DNA of 64,000 nucleotides from an uncultured Rhodospirillales bacterium (GTDB lineage Bacteria; Pseudomonadota; Alphaproteobacteria; RF32; CAG-239): contig CACWQT010000009.1 of the NCBI GenBank assembly GCA_902763185.1, positions 442-64,441 on the forward strand. Reading direction: 5' to 3'. The position numbers and the translations under genes were made by a program. The notes under the pieces are model-generated. The model saw only the letters and a program-made list of their open reading frames with translations. It was not told where the DNA came from and did not search any database. Positions 50,973 through 61,269 of the stretch are shown here, in pieces; position 1 is the first letter of the stretch; each line of letters starts with the position of its first letter.

Positions 50973-52877
50973 TTATTCACCTTGTTCAGGTTCTTCTTCA
51001 GGATTATGGCCTTTGAGGTTTTCTAAAAATTGGTTTTCTATCTTTAAGTATTGATCTAAAAGCCAACGAGAGCGGGATACAAAGAAAATTGTTAGCAGTA
51101 ATAGCGCAAAAGTTAAGCGTGGGTTTTCGCTCAAAAATTTATGTACCACAGTGACGATAAAGAATGATGATACCAAAATCCTAAAACTGGTGAGGATAAT
51201 CAATGGCAAGCGGTTGGCTTTTTTGGCCATCCAAAGTTTGTAATAGATTTTTGACGTGGGTGTTTTGTTATTAAAAAAATTGCGGATTTGTCCGGTTTTT
51301 TCATCAATGGCAGAGTAGGCTGCTTTAACAGCGGCAGTGGCTCGTGACGGCTCTTTATCATTATTTTCGGAGCGGGGTTTGGTCGGTAGCCATGTTTGCA
51401 GTTTATCTTTGATAAATTTGGTGGTGATGATATCCCAACCAAGCAGAGCTTTTAAGAATGGTGCCATAAACAAAAAGGTTAAAGCTGTCATCAGAATATT
51501 GGCAGGAATTCGATAAGGGATGATTGTTCGGATATAGGGGCGAATGGCTAAAGCCAGAGCAATAATGCTGTATAAAATAACCGAAAAGAGGGTTAATTGT
51601 AAAAGGTAGTTCTTAAATAAGGCACTCCATAAACGCTCTTCATTGTGGGTTACGGTGGCGGCAGAGGCGTATTTGTTGATATAAGCAATCCAGCTTTGGG
51701 GCAGATGTTTGCTTAAGAATTTATAAGCCGGATCAGCAGACTTTATCATCATCGGGGTGATAAAGGTGGTGATAACGGATACGGCAACGATTATCGGATA
51801 AACTTTGTCGGACAACACGCCGATACTCATGCCTAATGATGCAATAATAAAGGCAAATTCACCGACTTGTGCCAGTGAAAAAGCACCGGAAATGGCGGTT
51901 TTTAAGTTTTGTCCGGAGGCAACAAAGCCGAGGCTTGCAAAGGTCACAACGCCTACCAATACAATAACGGTAATCACAAATATCGGTTTGGCATAAATGA
52001 TAAACATCATCGGGTCAACCATCATGCCGACGGATACAAAGAATACCGCACCGAAGAAATCTTTTAACGGACGGATGGTCTTTTCGATGCGTCCGATAAG
52101 CTCACTTTCAGATAAAATTGAGCCCATTAAAAATGCGCCTAATGCAGAGGAAAATCCTGATGAGGTGGCAAGCAATACCATACCAAAGCACAAGCTTATT
52201 GTGATTAAGAGGAGCATTTCATCAGTTAGAAGCGGTGCAACTTTGCTTAAAAATGTCGGCACCAAATATATACCGGTTACAAAACATAAGATGAGGAAAA
52301 AGATGAGTTTTAAGACACTAAGCCCCAGTTCAGAGCCGTTAATGGAATTTCCCATGGCAATGGTCGGGAGTAACACCAACATTAAAATTCCCATTAAATC
52401 TTCCACAATCAAGACGCCGAAAACAATATCGGTAAATTTTTGTTTTTTGATGTTTAAATCGTTAAAGGCTTTAATGATGATGGTGGTGGATGACATGGAT
52501 ATCATAGAACCTAGGAAAAAGCTGTCTATGGTTGACCAACCGAGAAGAAGTCCTGTGTTATAGCCAACAAACAACATGAAGAGGATGTTGGCGTTAGCGG
52601 TTATCATTGCCGCTTTGCCGACGTTTAGCATTTTCTTAAAGCTGAATTCCAAACCTAAACCGAACAGCAAGAATATAATACCGATGTCTGCCCATAAGGT
52701 CAAATCTTCCTTATTGCTGACGGTCGGAAACATATTAAAATATGGGCCGGCCAAGATACCGGCAAGCACATAGCCCAGTACTAACGGTTGTTTGAATTTT
52801 TTGCATAAAAGCGTTGTAATACCGGCATAGATGGTGATTAACGTCAAGTCAACAATAAGCGAATTGATTGCATGCAT
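50973..52877 (-). CDS. CPA2 family cation:proton antiporter
   Basis: GLGLEFS, SSTTIIIK, FFVSVG, QVGEFAF. Confidence 0.92.
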   Translation of the reverse strand: MHAINSLIVDLTLITIYAGITTLLCKKFKQPLVLGYVLAGILAGPYFNMFPTVSNKEDLTLWADIGIIFLLFGLGLEFSFKKMLNVGKAAMITANANILFMLFVGYNTGLLLGWSTIDSFFLGSMISMSSTTIIIKAFNDLNIKKQKFTDIVFGVLIVEDLMGILMLVLLPTIAMGNSINGSELGLSVLKLIFFLILCFVTGIYLVPTFLSKVAPLLTDEMLLLITISLCFGMVLLATSSGFSSALGAFLMGSILSESELIGRIEKTIRPLKDFFGAVFFVSVGMMVDPMMFIIYAKPIFVITVIVLVGVVTFASLGFVASGQNLKTAISGAFSLAQVGEFAFIIASLGMSIGVLSDKVYPIIVAVSVITTFITPMMIKSADPAYKFLSKHLPQSWIAYINKYASAATVTHNEERLWSALFKNYLLQLTLFSVILYSIIALALAIRPYIRTIIPYRIPANILMTALTFLFMAPFLKALLGWDIITTKFIKDKLQTWLPTKPRSENNDKEPSRATAAVKAAYSAIDEKTGQIRNFFNNKTPTSKIYYKLWMAKKANRLPLIILTSFRILVSSFFIVTVVHKFLSENPRLTFALLLLTIFFVSRSRWLLDQYLKIENQFLENLKGHNPEEEPEQGE

Positions 52878-52970
52878 AAGCTTTGTCCAAAAATGAGATG
52901 TTTGTTTGAAATATAGCGAGAACTTAGCAGAGATAAGGTTTAAGTTTGGTTAATGAAAGAGGGTGTTTTG

Positions 52971-54146
52971 CTAATTTTCTAAAATAAATTCATTGTTTTG
53001 CAGGTGACTAAAATATTCTGTGCCGCCATTATCCCAGCGGATTTTGAGGCGGTTTTGGGGAAGAAATTCAAACTTACCGCAATTGCGATATTCGTTGTTA
53101 AAGCTACAAATCCGCCCGTCTTTTTGGTCAATGAAAATATCCTCGAATCGAGGTGTTTTTAGGGTGATAAAAGGTGCATTCTCCGGCGGGGTGAAAAAGT
53201 TTGAGGCCAGCGCAAACGGAAATTCTTTTATTCGTAAGCCTCGGTGTTTTGCCTGATAGCGGAAATAGATCGTAAACAACCGTTCAGCGAGGTAGGCAAA
53301 TGCTAACTTCTGCTCTGTATCACGAGCATTCACCTCATCTTTTATCTCCTCATAAAGCGGGAATAATATGCTAAAGAGCCATGTCGCATAGTCATTTAAG
53401 ATCTCACGGCGGGTGATGAACATATTGGTCGGGTAAAAGCCCTCATTACCGTTTAGAGTTTCAACGGCAAAATCATACATTTCGGGATATTTCTGTTTGA
53501 TAATCTCTAAAGCCTTATCTAAGTCAGAAATTACGTGCTCTTTGGCATATTGTTGATAAGCTGTTAACGGCTCTTCGTCTTTAGTGAGGTTAATCGGCTC
53601 GGAGAGCAAGATATCATGGGTGGCAAACCAGGGGAGAATGTATTTTTTCTCCATCTCTAAGTCGTGCAGAAATTCTTTTGCGAATCCTTTAAGGTGGTTT
53701 AAGCCCAAATGCCTAAAGCGCATGGAGGGAAATTCCACCATCGGGTAATGCGCGTTGTTATTGATACATAAAAAACGGCGATAATGGAACATTCCCACAA
53801 AGGGCGCAGTGGTATTTTTCCATATCCAATAAAGCGCAGTGATTTCAGCAAAGCTGCGGTTTAGCTCAGAGATGTTATCGCCGGTGTCATCACCAATCAT
53901 ATTGTTTTTTAACCACGTAATCTCTTCTTCCTTAAATGTGCCTTGGCGCGAGGGCGTGGCGGCAATTTTTCTCCCGCCCTGAATGGGCGTAAAAATGTTG
54001 GTTTTAATCAATGGTGCCGGCTTATAATACACAACGTAAATATTGAGGTAATCGGTTTTATAGATAAAGAGGGTATAAATGGCTCCAAGCAAAATAAAAA
54101 CAGCAAATACAATGGTGATTGAAAATATGTATTTGCTGTTTGTCAT
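52971..54146 (-). CDS. DUF4422 glycosyltransferase-like protein
   Basis: DDTGDNIS.LN..FAE.TALYWIWKN, HYRRF, YLAERL. Confidence 0.85.
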   Translation of the reverse strand: MTNSKYIFSITIVFAVFILLGAIYTLFIYKTDYLNIYVVYYKPAPLIKTNIFTPIQGGRKIAATPSRQGTFKEEEITWLKNNMIGDDTGDNISELNRSFAEITALYWIWKNTTAPFVGMFHYRRFLCINNNAHYPMVEFPSMRFRHLGLNHLKGFAKEFLHDLEMEKKYILPWFATHDILLSEPINLTKDEEPLTAYQQYAKEHVISDLDKALEIIKQKYPEMYDFAVETLNGNEGFYPTNMFITRREILNDYATWLFSILFPLYEEIKDEVNARDTEQKLAFAYLAERLFTIYFRYQAKHRGLRIKEFPFALASNFFTPPENAPFITLKTPRFEDIFIDQKDGRICSFNNEYRNCGKFEFLPQNRLKIRWDNGGTEYFSHLQNNEFILEN

Positions 54147-54161
54147 AAACTTAATGCTATA

Positions 54162-54374
54162 TTAGGCGATTATGTTCGGGTTGATGATATTTTCCAGCTT
54201 TTGGATTTTGGTTTTAACGTTTTTATTTTGTTTGTTTAGTTGCTGAGCTTGGAAAAAATCTATCATTTGTTTGTTTTTCACCAATTTTGCAATATCTGAT
54301 TTGACACGTCTTTCCTCAAGCTTTAGCTCGCATAGCTGGACTTGAAGTTTGTTGAAAGAACTAATGTTAGTCAT
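54162..54374 (-). CDS. DUF465/YdcH-like small coiled-coil protein
   Basis: Coiled coil ending in PNIIA (alphaproteobacterial PDIIA-type C-terminus). Confidence 0.6.
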   Translation of the reverse strand: MTNISSFNKLQVQLCELKLEERRVKSDIAKLVKNKQMIDFFQAQQLNKQNKNVKTKIQKLENIINPNIIA

Positions 54375-54585
54375 CGTATTGTTGCTCCTTAAAGTTTGCG
54401 GTTAATTCCGCGATTCCTTCTTTTCACGCGCATTATACTACAATTTTGGTAAAATTGCAAGCGTTTTCGCACAAAAAACTTGAAAAAAATAGTGATAAAA
54501 GCAAAAATATGCTGGTAAATTTTTATTTATCAGGTATCTATGTGAAATACAAGAATGAATTTATGAAAAAATAGGAATTATAAGT

Positions 54586-55671
54586 ATGACAGAAATCAAA
54601 AAAATCGGTATTTTAACAAGTGGCGGCGATTGCGCCGGTCTTAATGCAGTCGTCTCATCAGTTGTCAGCTCGGCTGCAAAGTTTGGTTGGGAAGTTTACG
54701 GTATTCATAACGGCACAGACGGTTTAACCGAATCACCTCTTTCGTATGAAGTGTTGACCGAAAATAATTTTGCGGATACGCCGTGGCCGCGGATTGCCGG
54801 ATCGTATCTCGGCTCGCTTAATAAGGGCGTTAAAATGGAATCGCAAAAAGTGGTTTCCGAGCGTTTTGGTAAAGGCGTTGCCGAGCTTGGTTTAGATGCC
54901 GTTGTTGTGGTTGGCGGTGACGGTAGTATGAACATTGTCAGCAACTACTGCCATAATGCCGGCGTTAAAATGGTCGGTATTCCGAAGACAATTGATAATG
55001 ACACACCATTAACACAATATTCTGTCGGTTTTAACTCTGCTTGTGAAGTTTGTGTGGAGGCAATAGACGCTCTTTGGAAAACGGCTCGTTCGCATCAACG
55101 TGCGCTTATTTTAGAGGTTATGGGGCGTGATGCCGGACATTTGGCTATGCACTCTGCTGTTGCCGGTTTTGCCGATGTTTGCTTGGTTCCGGAAATCCCT
55201 TATACCATTGACGGTATTGTTAACAAATTAAAGAGCATTAAAGCTCGTGGGCGCAACCATGCTATTATCGTTGTTTCCGAAGGTGTTCGCACCGAAACCG
55301 GTGAAATGGTTTCTAATACCACAAATCTTATCGGCGAAAAAATCAATGGCGGTATCGGTGAATATTTAAGCGCCGCGCTTAATGCTAAATATTCCGGTTT
55401 CCAAACCCGTGTGACCAAGCTCGGTCACGTTCAACGTGCCGGTGATCCGACTGCTTTTGACCGCGCATTGGCTTGTGCTTTCGGTGCACGTGCGGTGGAA
55501 CTCCTTAAAGAAGGTCATACAGATGTTATGGTCGCTCTTGAGGGGGATCAAATTCAAACATATTCCCTTTCTGATGTTGTTGCTTGCGGCACTACAAAGC
55601 TTGATGCTAATAGTGTGTATGTGAGAGCGGCAGTGGAGATGGGTATGTATGTCGGTGAAATAAAACGGTAA
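54586..55671 (+). CDS. pfkA: 6-phosphofructokinase (mixed-substrate group, probably ATP-dependent)
   Basis: TSGGD, GGDGS, PKTIDND, EVMGR, LGHVQR. Confidence 0.93.
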   Translation: MTEIKKIGILTSGGDCAGLNAVVSSVVSSAAKFGWEVYGIHNGTDGLTESPLSYEVLTENNFADTPWPRIAGSYLGSLNKGVKMESQKVVSERFGKGVAELGLDAVVVVGGDGSMNIVSNYCHNAGVKMVGIPKTIDNDTPLTQYSVGFNSACEVCVEAIDALWKTARSHQRALILEVMGRDAGHLAMHSAVAGFADVCLVPEIPYTIDGIVNKLKSIKARGRNHAIIVVSEGVRTETGEMVSNTTNLIGEKINGGIGEYLSAALNAKYSGFQTRVTKLGHVQRAGDPTAFDRALACAFGARAVELLKEGHTDVMVALEGDQIQTYSLSDVVACGTTKLDANSVYVRAAVEMGMYVGEIKR

Positions 55672-55789
55672 ATTTTGGCTCCTAGAGCGGTCTTTACGGG
55701 ACAAACAAAATTCATGTAGGTCTATCTACACTAAAATTTTGTTTGCCCTTAAGCCCATCTCTATTAGCTCAAAATTTCCTCGTTTTATT
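55659..55789. repeat. 131-bp imperfect palindromic element overlapping the pfkA stop codon
   Basis: AATAAAACG/CGTTTTATT, AAATTTTG/CAAAATTT, TAGAG/CTCTA, CAAACAAAATT/AATTTTGTTTG, TGTAG/CTACA. Confidence 0.75.
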
Positions 55790-55990
55790 GTGTTGGGACT
55801 TGAGTTAGATATTAGCTTCTATCCATCTCAAATTTTCCGCCTCTATTACACGAAGGACTTCTGCAGTTATTTCGCAAAATTTTCCACCTTAAAAGGCGTC
55901 GGAACGTGGGGATTTGTGTCTTTAAAGTAGGTTATCTATTTTTATTTAGATTTTCCATTTATTAAGTCAAATTTTTTTATGATACTTCTC

Positions 55991-56024
55991 TTGACAAATA
56001 GCCTATAAGGGATAAGGCTATATA
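55991..56024 (+). promoter_or_regulatory. Promoter with overlapping inverted repeat (candidate metal-sensor operator)
   Basis: TTGACA at 55991 and ATAGCCT-N10-AGGCTAT at 55998-56021. Confidence 0.55.
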
Positions 56025-56048
56025 TAGTTATTTTTTAGGAGAAATGAT

Positions 56049-56234
56049 ATGGCTAGAAATTGTAATAATCCTGATTGTCATTGTGAAAACTGCCAATGCG
56101 GTGATAATTGTCAGTGTGGCAAAAACGGTAAAGAATGTTGTTGTGGTGAAAAGTGCAAAGGCGAAACTAAGCATAAAGAAAATTGCCGTTCATCAGAAAA
56201 ATCCCAACATAAATGTTGTTGTCATAAAAAGTAA
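56049..56234 (+). CDS. Metallothionein-like Cys-rich protein
   Basis: 61 aa with 15 Cys and 4 His (CxC and CCC clusters). AGGAG RBS. Directly upstream of a CDF transporter. Confidence 0.75.
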   Translation: MARNCNNPDCHCENCQCGDNCQCGKNGKECCCGEKCKGETKHKENCRSSEKSQHKCCCHKK

Positions 56235-56255
56235 TCTCTTTTAAGGGCTGATTTT

Positions 56256-57152
56256 ATGGCAGAGCACGCACACATTGCACATCACCATCATCATGAAGTG
56301 GATGAAAAGTCGGTTAAGCTTTTACTGATTTCGTTTATTATTAATATAGGGCTTTCGGTGGTGGAGCTTGTGGGCGGTGTTTTATCTGCCAGTGTGGCGC
56401 TAATCGGTGATGCGCTTCATAATACATCAGATGCTTTTTCTATCTTGATAGCGATAATTGCGTTTAAGATCGGCAACCGCAAGGCGACGGCAAAATATAC
56501 CTTTGGGTTTAAGCGTGCGGAGATTATCGGTGGTTTTGTTAATCTCATCTTACTCTTTATTTCGGGGGGCTATCTCTTAGTTGAGGGGGTGTTGCGCATA
56601 ATTCAGCCGGAGCCTATCAGCGGATTGACAATAATTATTGTTTCGGTGTTGGCATTGGTTGTGGATTTAGCAACGGCAAAAATATCTCATCATCATGCCG
56701 GTCATAATACCAATATGAAAATGGTGTTTTTGCATAACTTGGCTGATGCGTTTGGCTCAATCGGCGTGATTGTTTCGGGGCTTGCCGTGATGTTATTTGA
56801 TGTTTATCGGGTAGATGGCGCGGTTGCTATCGGTATTGCTCTTTATATGATTGTGCAGGCGATTATTTCTTTTCCGGATATTGTGCATATTTTGATGAAT
56901 GCGGCGCCCGATGATGTGGATTTGGCGATGTTAGAAAAAGAAATCCTGAAAATCAAAGGGGTAAAAGGGGTGCATCATATACATTTGTGGCGTGTGAATG
57001 AGCATGAAAGTTCTTTAGAGTGCCATATTGAGGCTTGTAAAGGCAGGGATTTGTTGGTTGAGGTCAAAACCTTGCTTGCCGAGCAATTTAACATTATGCA
57101 TAGCACTATAGAGGTTGAAAGCGATTGCGCTGACGGTGATTGCGAATTGTGA
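56256..57152 (+). CDS. Cation diffusion facilitator (CzcD/ZitB-like)
   Basis: His-rich N-terminus, DALHN.SD, TFG..RAE, H..AD..GS, HHIHLW. Confidence 0.93.
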   Translation: MAEHAHIAHHHHHEVDEKSVKLLLISFIINIGLSVVELVGGVLSASVALIGDALHNTSDAFSILIAIIAFKIGNRKATAKYTFGFKRAEIIGGFVNLILLFISGGYLLVEGVLRIIQPEPISGLTIIIVSVLALVVDLATAKISHHHAGHNTNMKMVFLHNLADAFGSIGVIVSGLAVMLFDVYRVDGAVAIGIALYMIVQAIISFPDIVHILMNAAPDDVDLAMLEKEILKIKGVKGVHHIHLWRVNEHESSLECHIEACKGRDLLVEVKTLLAEQFNIMHSTIEVESDCADGDCEL

Positions 57153-57217
57153 TCGCAGGTTAAATCTTTTTTAATTTAAAGCAGATAGACTTTCTTTACT
57201 GAAAGGAAAGACCTATT

Positions 57218-58981
57218 ATGCAATCTCAACCGTTTCCCAAAACAGCGTGGAAGTATTTGTTAAAAGAGTGTATCGCTCCGTTTAAGTGGGCGTTTGCGAT
57301 GTGTTTGCTCTTGGTATTCGCCGAAACAGGTGTTTATAATTTGCTAAATTGGCTGTTCGGGCGGTTGGTAGAGAGCATTAAACAAGGCGCAACATCGGAG
57401 GCTTTACATCAGGTTTTGTGGTTGGTCGGGTTTATTGTTCTAGCCGATGTTATCAATATCTTTTTACCAAAACAGGCATTGATGTATCGGCAAAAAGAGC
57501 TTTATTTTCCGATGCAAGAGCGTATTTATACTCGGGCGCTTTCATATATTTTCGGACATTCGGTCAATTATATCATTAACAAACAAACCGGAACATTGTT
57601 GGCTAAAACCAATCAGATTAATAACTTGCAACCAACATTTTCATGCATTATTACGCAATTTTGGTCTATCATAAGCGATATCGGCACTAAGATTGTTTTG
57701 CTTATGATGATTAATGTTTGGCTTGGTTGTCTGTTTGTATTTTGCGCCGGAGTGGTTGCCATTGTTAACTATTATGCCAATAAAACGAGTGATCGGCTTC
57801 ATAATATGCAAGGTAAATCTGAATCACTGTATACCGGTTGGCTTGTTGATGCGATTGCCAATATTCGTTTGGTTAAGCAATTTAATCGTTTGGATTACGA
57901 AAAAAAGCGCTTATCAATATTATTGCAACAGTATATCCGGCTTAAAGCCAAAACAATGTTAGTGTGGTTTAGCTCTTATACGGCGGTGGGGTGTTTTGTG
58001 CATTTATGTTCCGTTACGATGTTGACTTTTGCGGTTTATTTATGGAGTAAAGCGTTAATCAATGTTGGTGATATAGTATTTATATTGCTTACCTTAAACG
58101 GCGGTTTTATGTGGATGATGGGATTGTGTGATGATTACCGCAGGCTTGCTAATAACCTTTCGTATATTCAAGCAGGGCTTGAGCCATTTTATACGCCGCA
58201 TGAGATAGAAAATGATTCTAATGCCAAAGTTCTTAGAGTTAAAAAAGCAGAGATTGAGTTTAAGAATGTCGGGTTTGCTTATCCGGAGCAGAAAAGGATT
58301 TTTGATAAGTTTAATCTAAAAATAAAAGACGGTGAAAAGGTCGGTATTGTCGGTTTATCCGGTAACGGTAAAACGACGCTGATTAACCTGTTGCAACGTG
58401 CCTATGATATTGATGAGGGGCAAATTTTAATTGATGGGCAGGATATTAAGACTGTGACACAAACAAGTCTGCACCAAAATTTGGCGATTATACCGCAGGA
58501 AACGGTGTTATTCCACCGTAGCTTAAAAGATAATATCGGCTATGGGGTAATGGCAACGGATAAACAAATCAAACGAGCGGCAAAGATTGCTTGTGCCGAT
58601 GACTTTATCAGGGCAACACCGGAAGGATATGACTCTATGGTTGGTGACAGAGGGTGTAAGCTTTCAGGCGGTGAGCGGCAACGGATTGCCATCGCCAGAG
58701 CAGTGTTGCGTAATCGTCCGATACTTATTTTAGATGAGGCGACGTCTTCACTTGATAGCGAATCAGAAAGTATTGTTGCTCAAGCGATTGATAATCTTAT
58801 GGGCAAGCAAACAGTGATTGCCATTGCGCACCGGCTTTCTACCTTAAAGAATATGGACAGGATTATTTATCTTGAAGAGGGAAAAGTTGCCGAATCCGGC
58901 ACATTTGATGAGTTGGCGCGTAAGAAAAACGGTAAATTTGCTAAATTATGGCAACTGCAACAGTTGGAGAAAAGGGACTAG
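57218..58981 (+). CDS. ABC exporter, fused TMD-NBD
   Basis: 6 TM, GLSGNGKT, LSGGERQR, DEATS. Confidence 0.93.
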   Translation: MQSQPFPKTAWKYLLKECIAPFKWAFAMCLLLVFAETGVYNLLNWLFGRLVESIKQGATSEALHQVLWLVGFIVLADVINIFLPKQALMYRQKELYFPMQERIYTRALSYIFGHSVNYIINKQTGTLLAKTNQINNLQPTFSCIITQFWSIISDIGTKIVLLMMINVWLGCLFVFCAGVVAIVNYYANKTSDRLHNMQGKSESLYTGWLVDAIANIRLVKQFNRLDYEKKRLSILLQQYIRLKAKTMLVWFSSYTAVGCFVHLCSVTMLTFAVYLWSKALINVGDIVFILLTLNGGFMWMMGLCDDYRRLANNLSYIQAGLEPFYTPHEIENDSNAKVLRVKKAEIEFKNVGFAYPEQKRIFDKFNLKIKDGEKVGIVGLSGNGKTTLINLLQRAYDIDEGQILIDGQDIKTVTQTSLHQNLAIIPQETVLFHRSLKDNIGYGVMATDKQIKRAAKIACADDFIRATPEGYDSMVGDRGCKLSGGERQRIAIARAVLRNRPILILDEATSSLDSESESIVAQAIDNLMGKQTVIAIAHRLSTLKNMDRIIYLEEGKVAESGTFDELARKKNGKFAKLWQLQQLEKRD

Positions 58982-58984
58982 ACG

Positions 58985-60757
58985 ATGAAATTGTTTGAGA
59001 ACATACCTGATATGCGAAAAGTTCCCGAAAATCCGTTGCTGTTTATTTGGGAAGCGTTGTATGGCGTCCGTAAATGGGCGTTTGTCGGTGTGGCGTTGGC
59101 ATTCGGTTTGCAACTGATGAAAGTCTATGTGACGGTGTTTTTCTCAAAGATGATTGATTATTTTGCAAATATTACGCCGGAGGAATTTGCCTGGTCTAAA
59201 ATGTGGTGGTTTTTGGCGCTTATTTTTGCTTCTTATATCGGGCAATCGGTATTTCGTATGGTGCGTGAGCTGATAGAGGCTAATAATGTCAGAAACTTTA
59301 TGGATGCTAAAATTAAACTTTTTGCGGTGGATTATTTGGCACGGCATTCAGAGAACTATTTTTCATCACAAAAAACCGGTCAGCTTTCGCAAAAAGTTAT
59401 CAATTGTGCCTTAAATGCAACAGTTGTGCATGAACATATTTCAATGTTGTATAGCAAAATATTTTTGATTTTGATTGATTTTTTCTATGTCGGCTGCGTC
59501 AGTCTGTGGTTTTTATTGTTAGTTGTTATTTTCGGCTCAATATCATCATTTGCCTCATATAAAGCAAGTTTGAAATATCGTGATATAAACGAAAAAGTTG
59601 ATAATTTATTTGATGATTTTAACGGCGTGGTAGCAGATAGTATCAGTAATGCGCTTAATGTCAAAGCAAACGGTAGTGAGACGTATGAGCTATCGTTTGT
59701 GAAAAAAGCATTTATAAGGTGCCGAGATGCACGTTTTATTGCTATAGATAAATTTCAAAATAGTATTCGTATTCAGCATACATTGCTCTGTTTGTTTGAA
59801 GTTGCGTCGTTGTTGTTAATGGTTAAACTTTGGTATAACGGAAAAATCGGTGTTGGTGATGTTACCTTGGTTTTGATGTTGATGAATACGATAATGAGCG
59901 GTTTTTCTGCTATATTAGGGAACGTATGCACAATCAATAAGATGATAGGATCTCTGCAAGCATCAATGGCACCGTTTGTGGTCAAACATGAGATTAAAGA
60001 CGTGCCCAATGCTAAAAAGTTAAAGTTGAACGGTGGCGCGATAGAATTTAAGAATGTTAAGTTCGGTTATGATAAGAAGAAAGTGTTTAACAATTTATCG
60101 CTAAAGATTAAAGCCGGTGAAAAGGTCGGTTTGGTCGGTGTTTCGGGAAGCGGTAAGAGCACATTGATAAACTTATTGCAAAGGGCGTATGATATAGAAG
60201 GCGGTGAAATTTTGATAGACGGGCAGGTGATTTCTAAGGTTAAACAAGGCAGTCTGCATGATGCGATTTCGCTTATTCCGCAAGATACAGCGCTGTTTCA
60301 CCGCACAGTCAGTCAGAATATTGCTTATGGAGATTTGCACGCTAAGCAAAGTGAAATTGAAACGGCGGCTAAAAAAGCCTATGCGGATGAGTTTATTAAA
60401 GGTTTACCTAAAGGATATCAAACCAAAGTCGGGGAAAAGGGGGTTAAACTTTCGGGCGGACAACGTCAGCGCGTGGCAATTGCGCGTGCGATATTAAAAG
60501 ATAGTCCGATCTTGATTTTGGATGAGGCAACCTCGGCACTTGATAGTGAGGCGGAAAAATATATTCAAAAAGCAATGAAGAATTTGATAAAAGATAAAAC
60601 CGTGATTGCCATAGCACACCGTCTTTCCACTTTAAAAGAAATGGATCGGATTATTGTCTTAGATAAAGGAAAGATTGTTGAAGAGGGAACAATGAAGGAG
60701 TTGTTGGCACGTGGTGGAGAATTTCAGCATTTATGGGAAATTCAAAATAAGGAGTAA
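58985..60757 (+). CDS. ABC exporter, fused TMD-NBD (tandem paralog)
   Basis: 6 TM, GVSGSGKS, LSGGQRQR, DEATS. Confidence 0.93.
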   Translation: MKLFENIPDMRKVPENPLLFIWEALYGVRKWAFVGVALAFGLQLMKVYVTVFFSKMIDYFANITPEEFAWSKMWWFLALIFASYIGQSVFRMVRELIEANNVRNFMDAKIKLFAVDYLARHSENYFSSQKTGQLSQKVINCALNATVVHEHISMLYSKIFLILIDFFYVGCVSLWFLLLVVIFGSISSFASYKASLKYRDINEKVDNLFDDFNGVVADSISNALNVKANGSETYELSFVKKAFIRCRDARFIAIDKFQNSIRIQHTLLCLFEVASLLLMVKLWYNGKIGVGDVTLVLMLMNTIMSGFSAILGNVCTINKMIGSLQASMAPFVVKHEIKDVPNAKKLKLNGGAIEFKNVKFGYDKKKVFNNLSLKIKAGEKVGLVGVSGSGKSTLINLLQRAYDIEGGEILIDGQVISKVKQGSLHDAISLIPQDTALFHRTVSQNIAYGDLHAKQSEIETAAKKAYADEFIKGLPKGYQTKVGEKGVKLSGGQRQRVAIARAILKDSPILILDEATSALDSEAEKYIQKAMKNLIKDKTVIAIAHRLSTLKEMDRIIVLDKGKIVEEGTMKELLARGGEFQHLWEIQNKE

Positions 60758-60763
60758 TCATTT

Positions 60764-61261
60764 ATGCGGTTATATCACTATGCACCAAAAGAAAATACGG
60801 TCTTAAGAGACGGATTGCTTTCTATATCTAAAGGACCTCGTGATTTGAAGGCTTATGCGCATCGTGCCGGAACGGAGAAAAGGGAGGATATATTAGCTTG
60901 GCTTGATAAAACTTTTGCCGGTCGCAGTCGGGCAATTTCGTGTTTAACCGAGCCGATAAAATGGCAGGGTAATGATGCGGTGTTAAAAGCAATTGTTGAC
61001 CGCTCAACATTGTTTTCATTTGAGCTTGACGGTTTGCTCAAAGACGATTTGGTTGAGGCGATTTGGTGTAAAAGCGGCTCTGATGTTGGAGGGTATAATG
61101 AACGGTTTTATCAAGTTAATCCAAATGAAATAGATTTATCACCACTCTCTTGGGAAAAGGTGGATGCCTCTCGTGATTTGCTTTATGCGGTGGTGAGGCA
61201 CTATCTCATTGTCTTAAAAGACGGCTATATCCCACCAGAATATTTGAGAGAAGAATTATAG
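60764..61261 (+). CDS. Hypothetical protein, possible ADP-ribosyltransferase-like fold
   Basis: LYHY.......DGLLS at the N-terminus and G.IPPEYL at the C-terminus. AGGAG RBS. Confidence 0.55.
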   Translation: MRLYHYAPKENTVLRDGLLSISKGPRDLKAYAHRAGTEKREDILAWLDKTFAGRSRAISCLTEPIKWQGNDAVLKAIVDRSTLFSFELDGLLKDDLVEAIWCKSGSDVGGYNERFYQVNPNEIDLSPLSWEKVDASRDLLYAVVRHYLIVLKDGYIPPEYLREEL

Positions 61262-61269
61262 TATTGAAT

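Noticed and set aside
55790-55990. NiCo (czcD) riboswitch upstream of the CDF gene
   Set aside because: The conserved CUGAGCAGGC/GUGGGACAG elements were not found, and the region lies upstream of the predicted promoter.
56044-56244. 66-aa hydrophobic ORF
   Set aside because: It is an alternative frame of the Cys-rich ORF. The Val/Ile richness is a by-product of TGT/TGC codons, and the metal-transporter context favours the Cys-rich frame.
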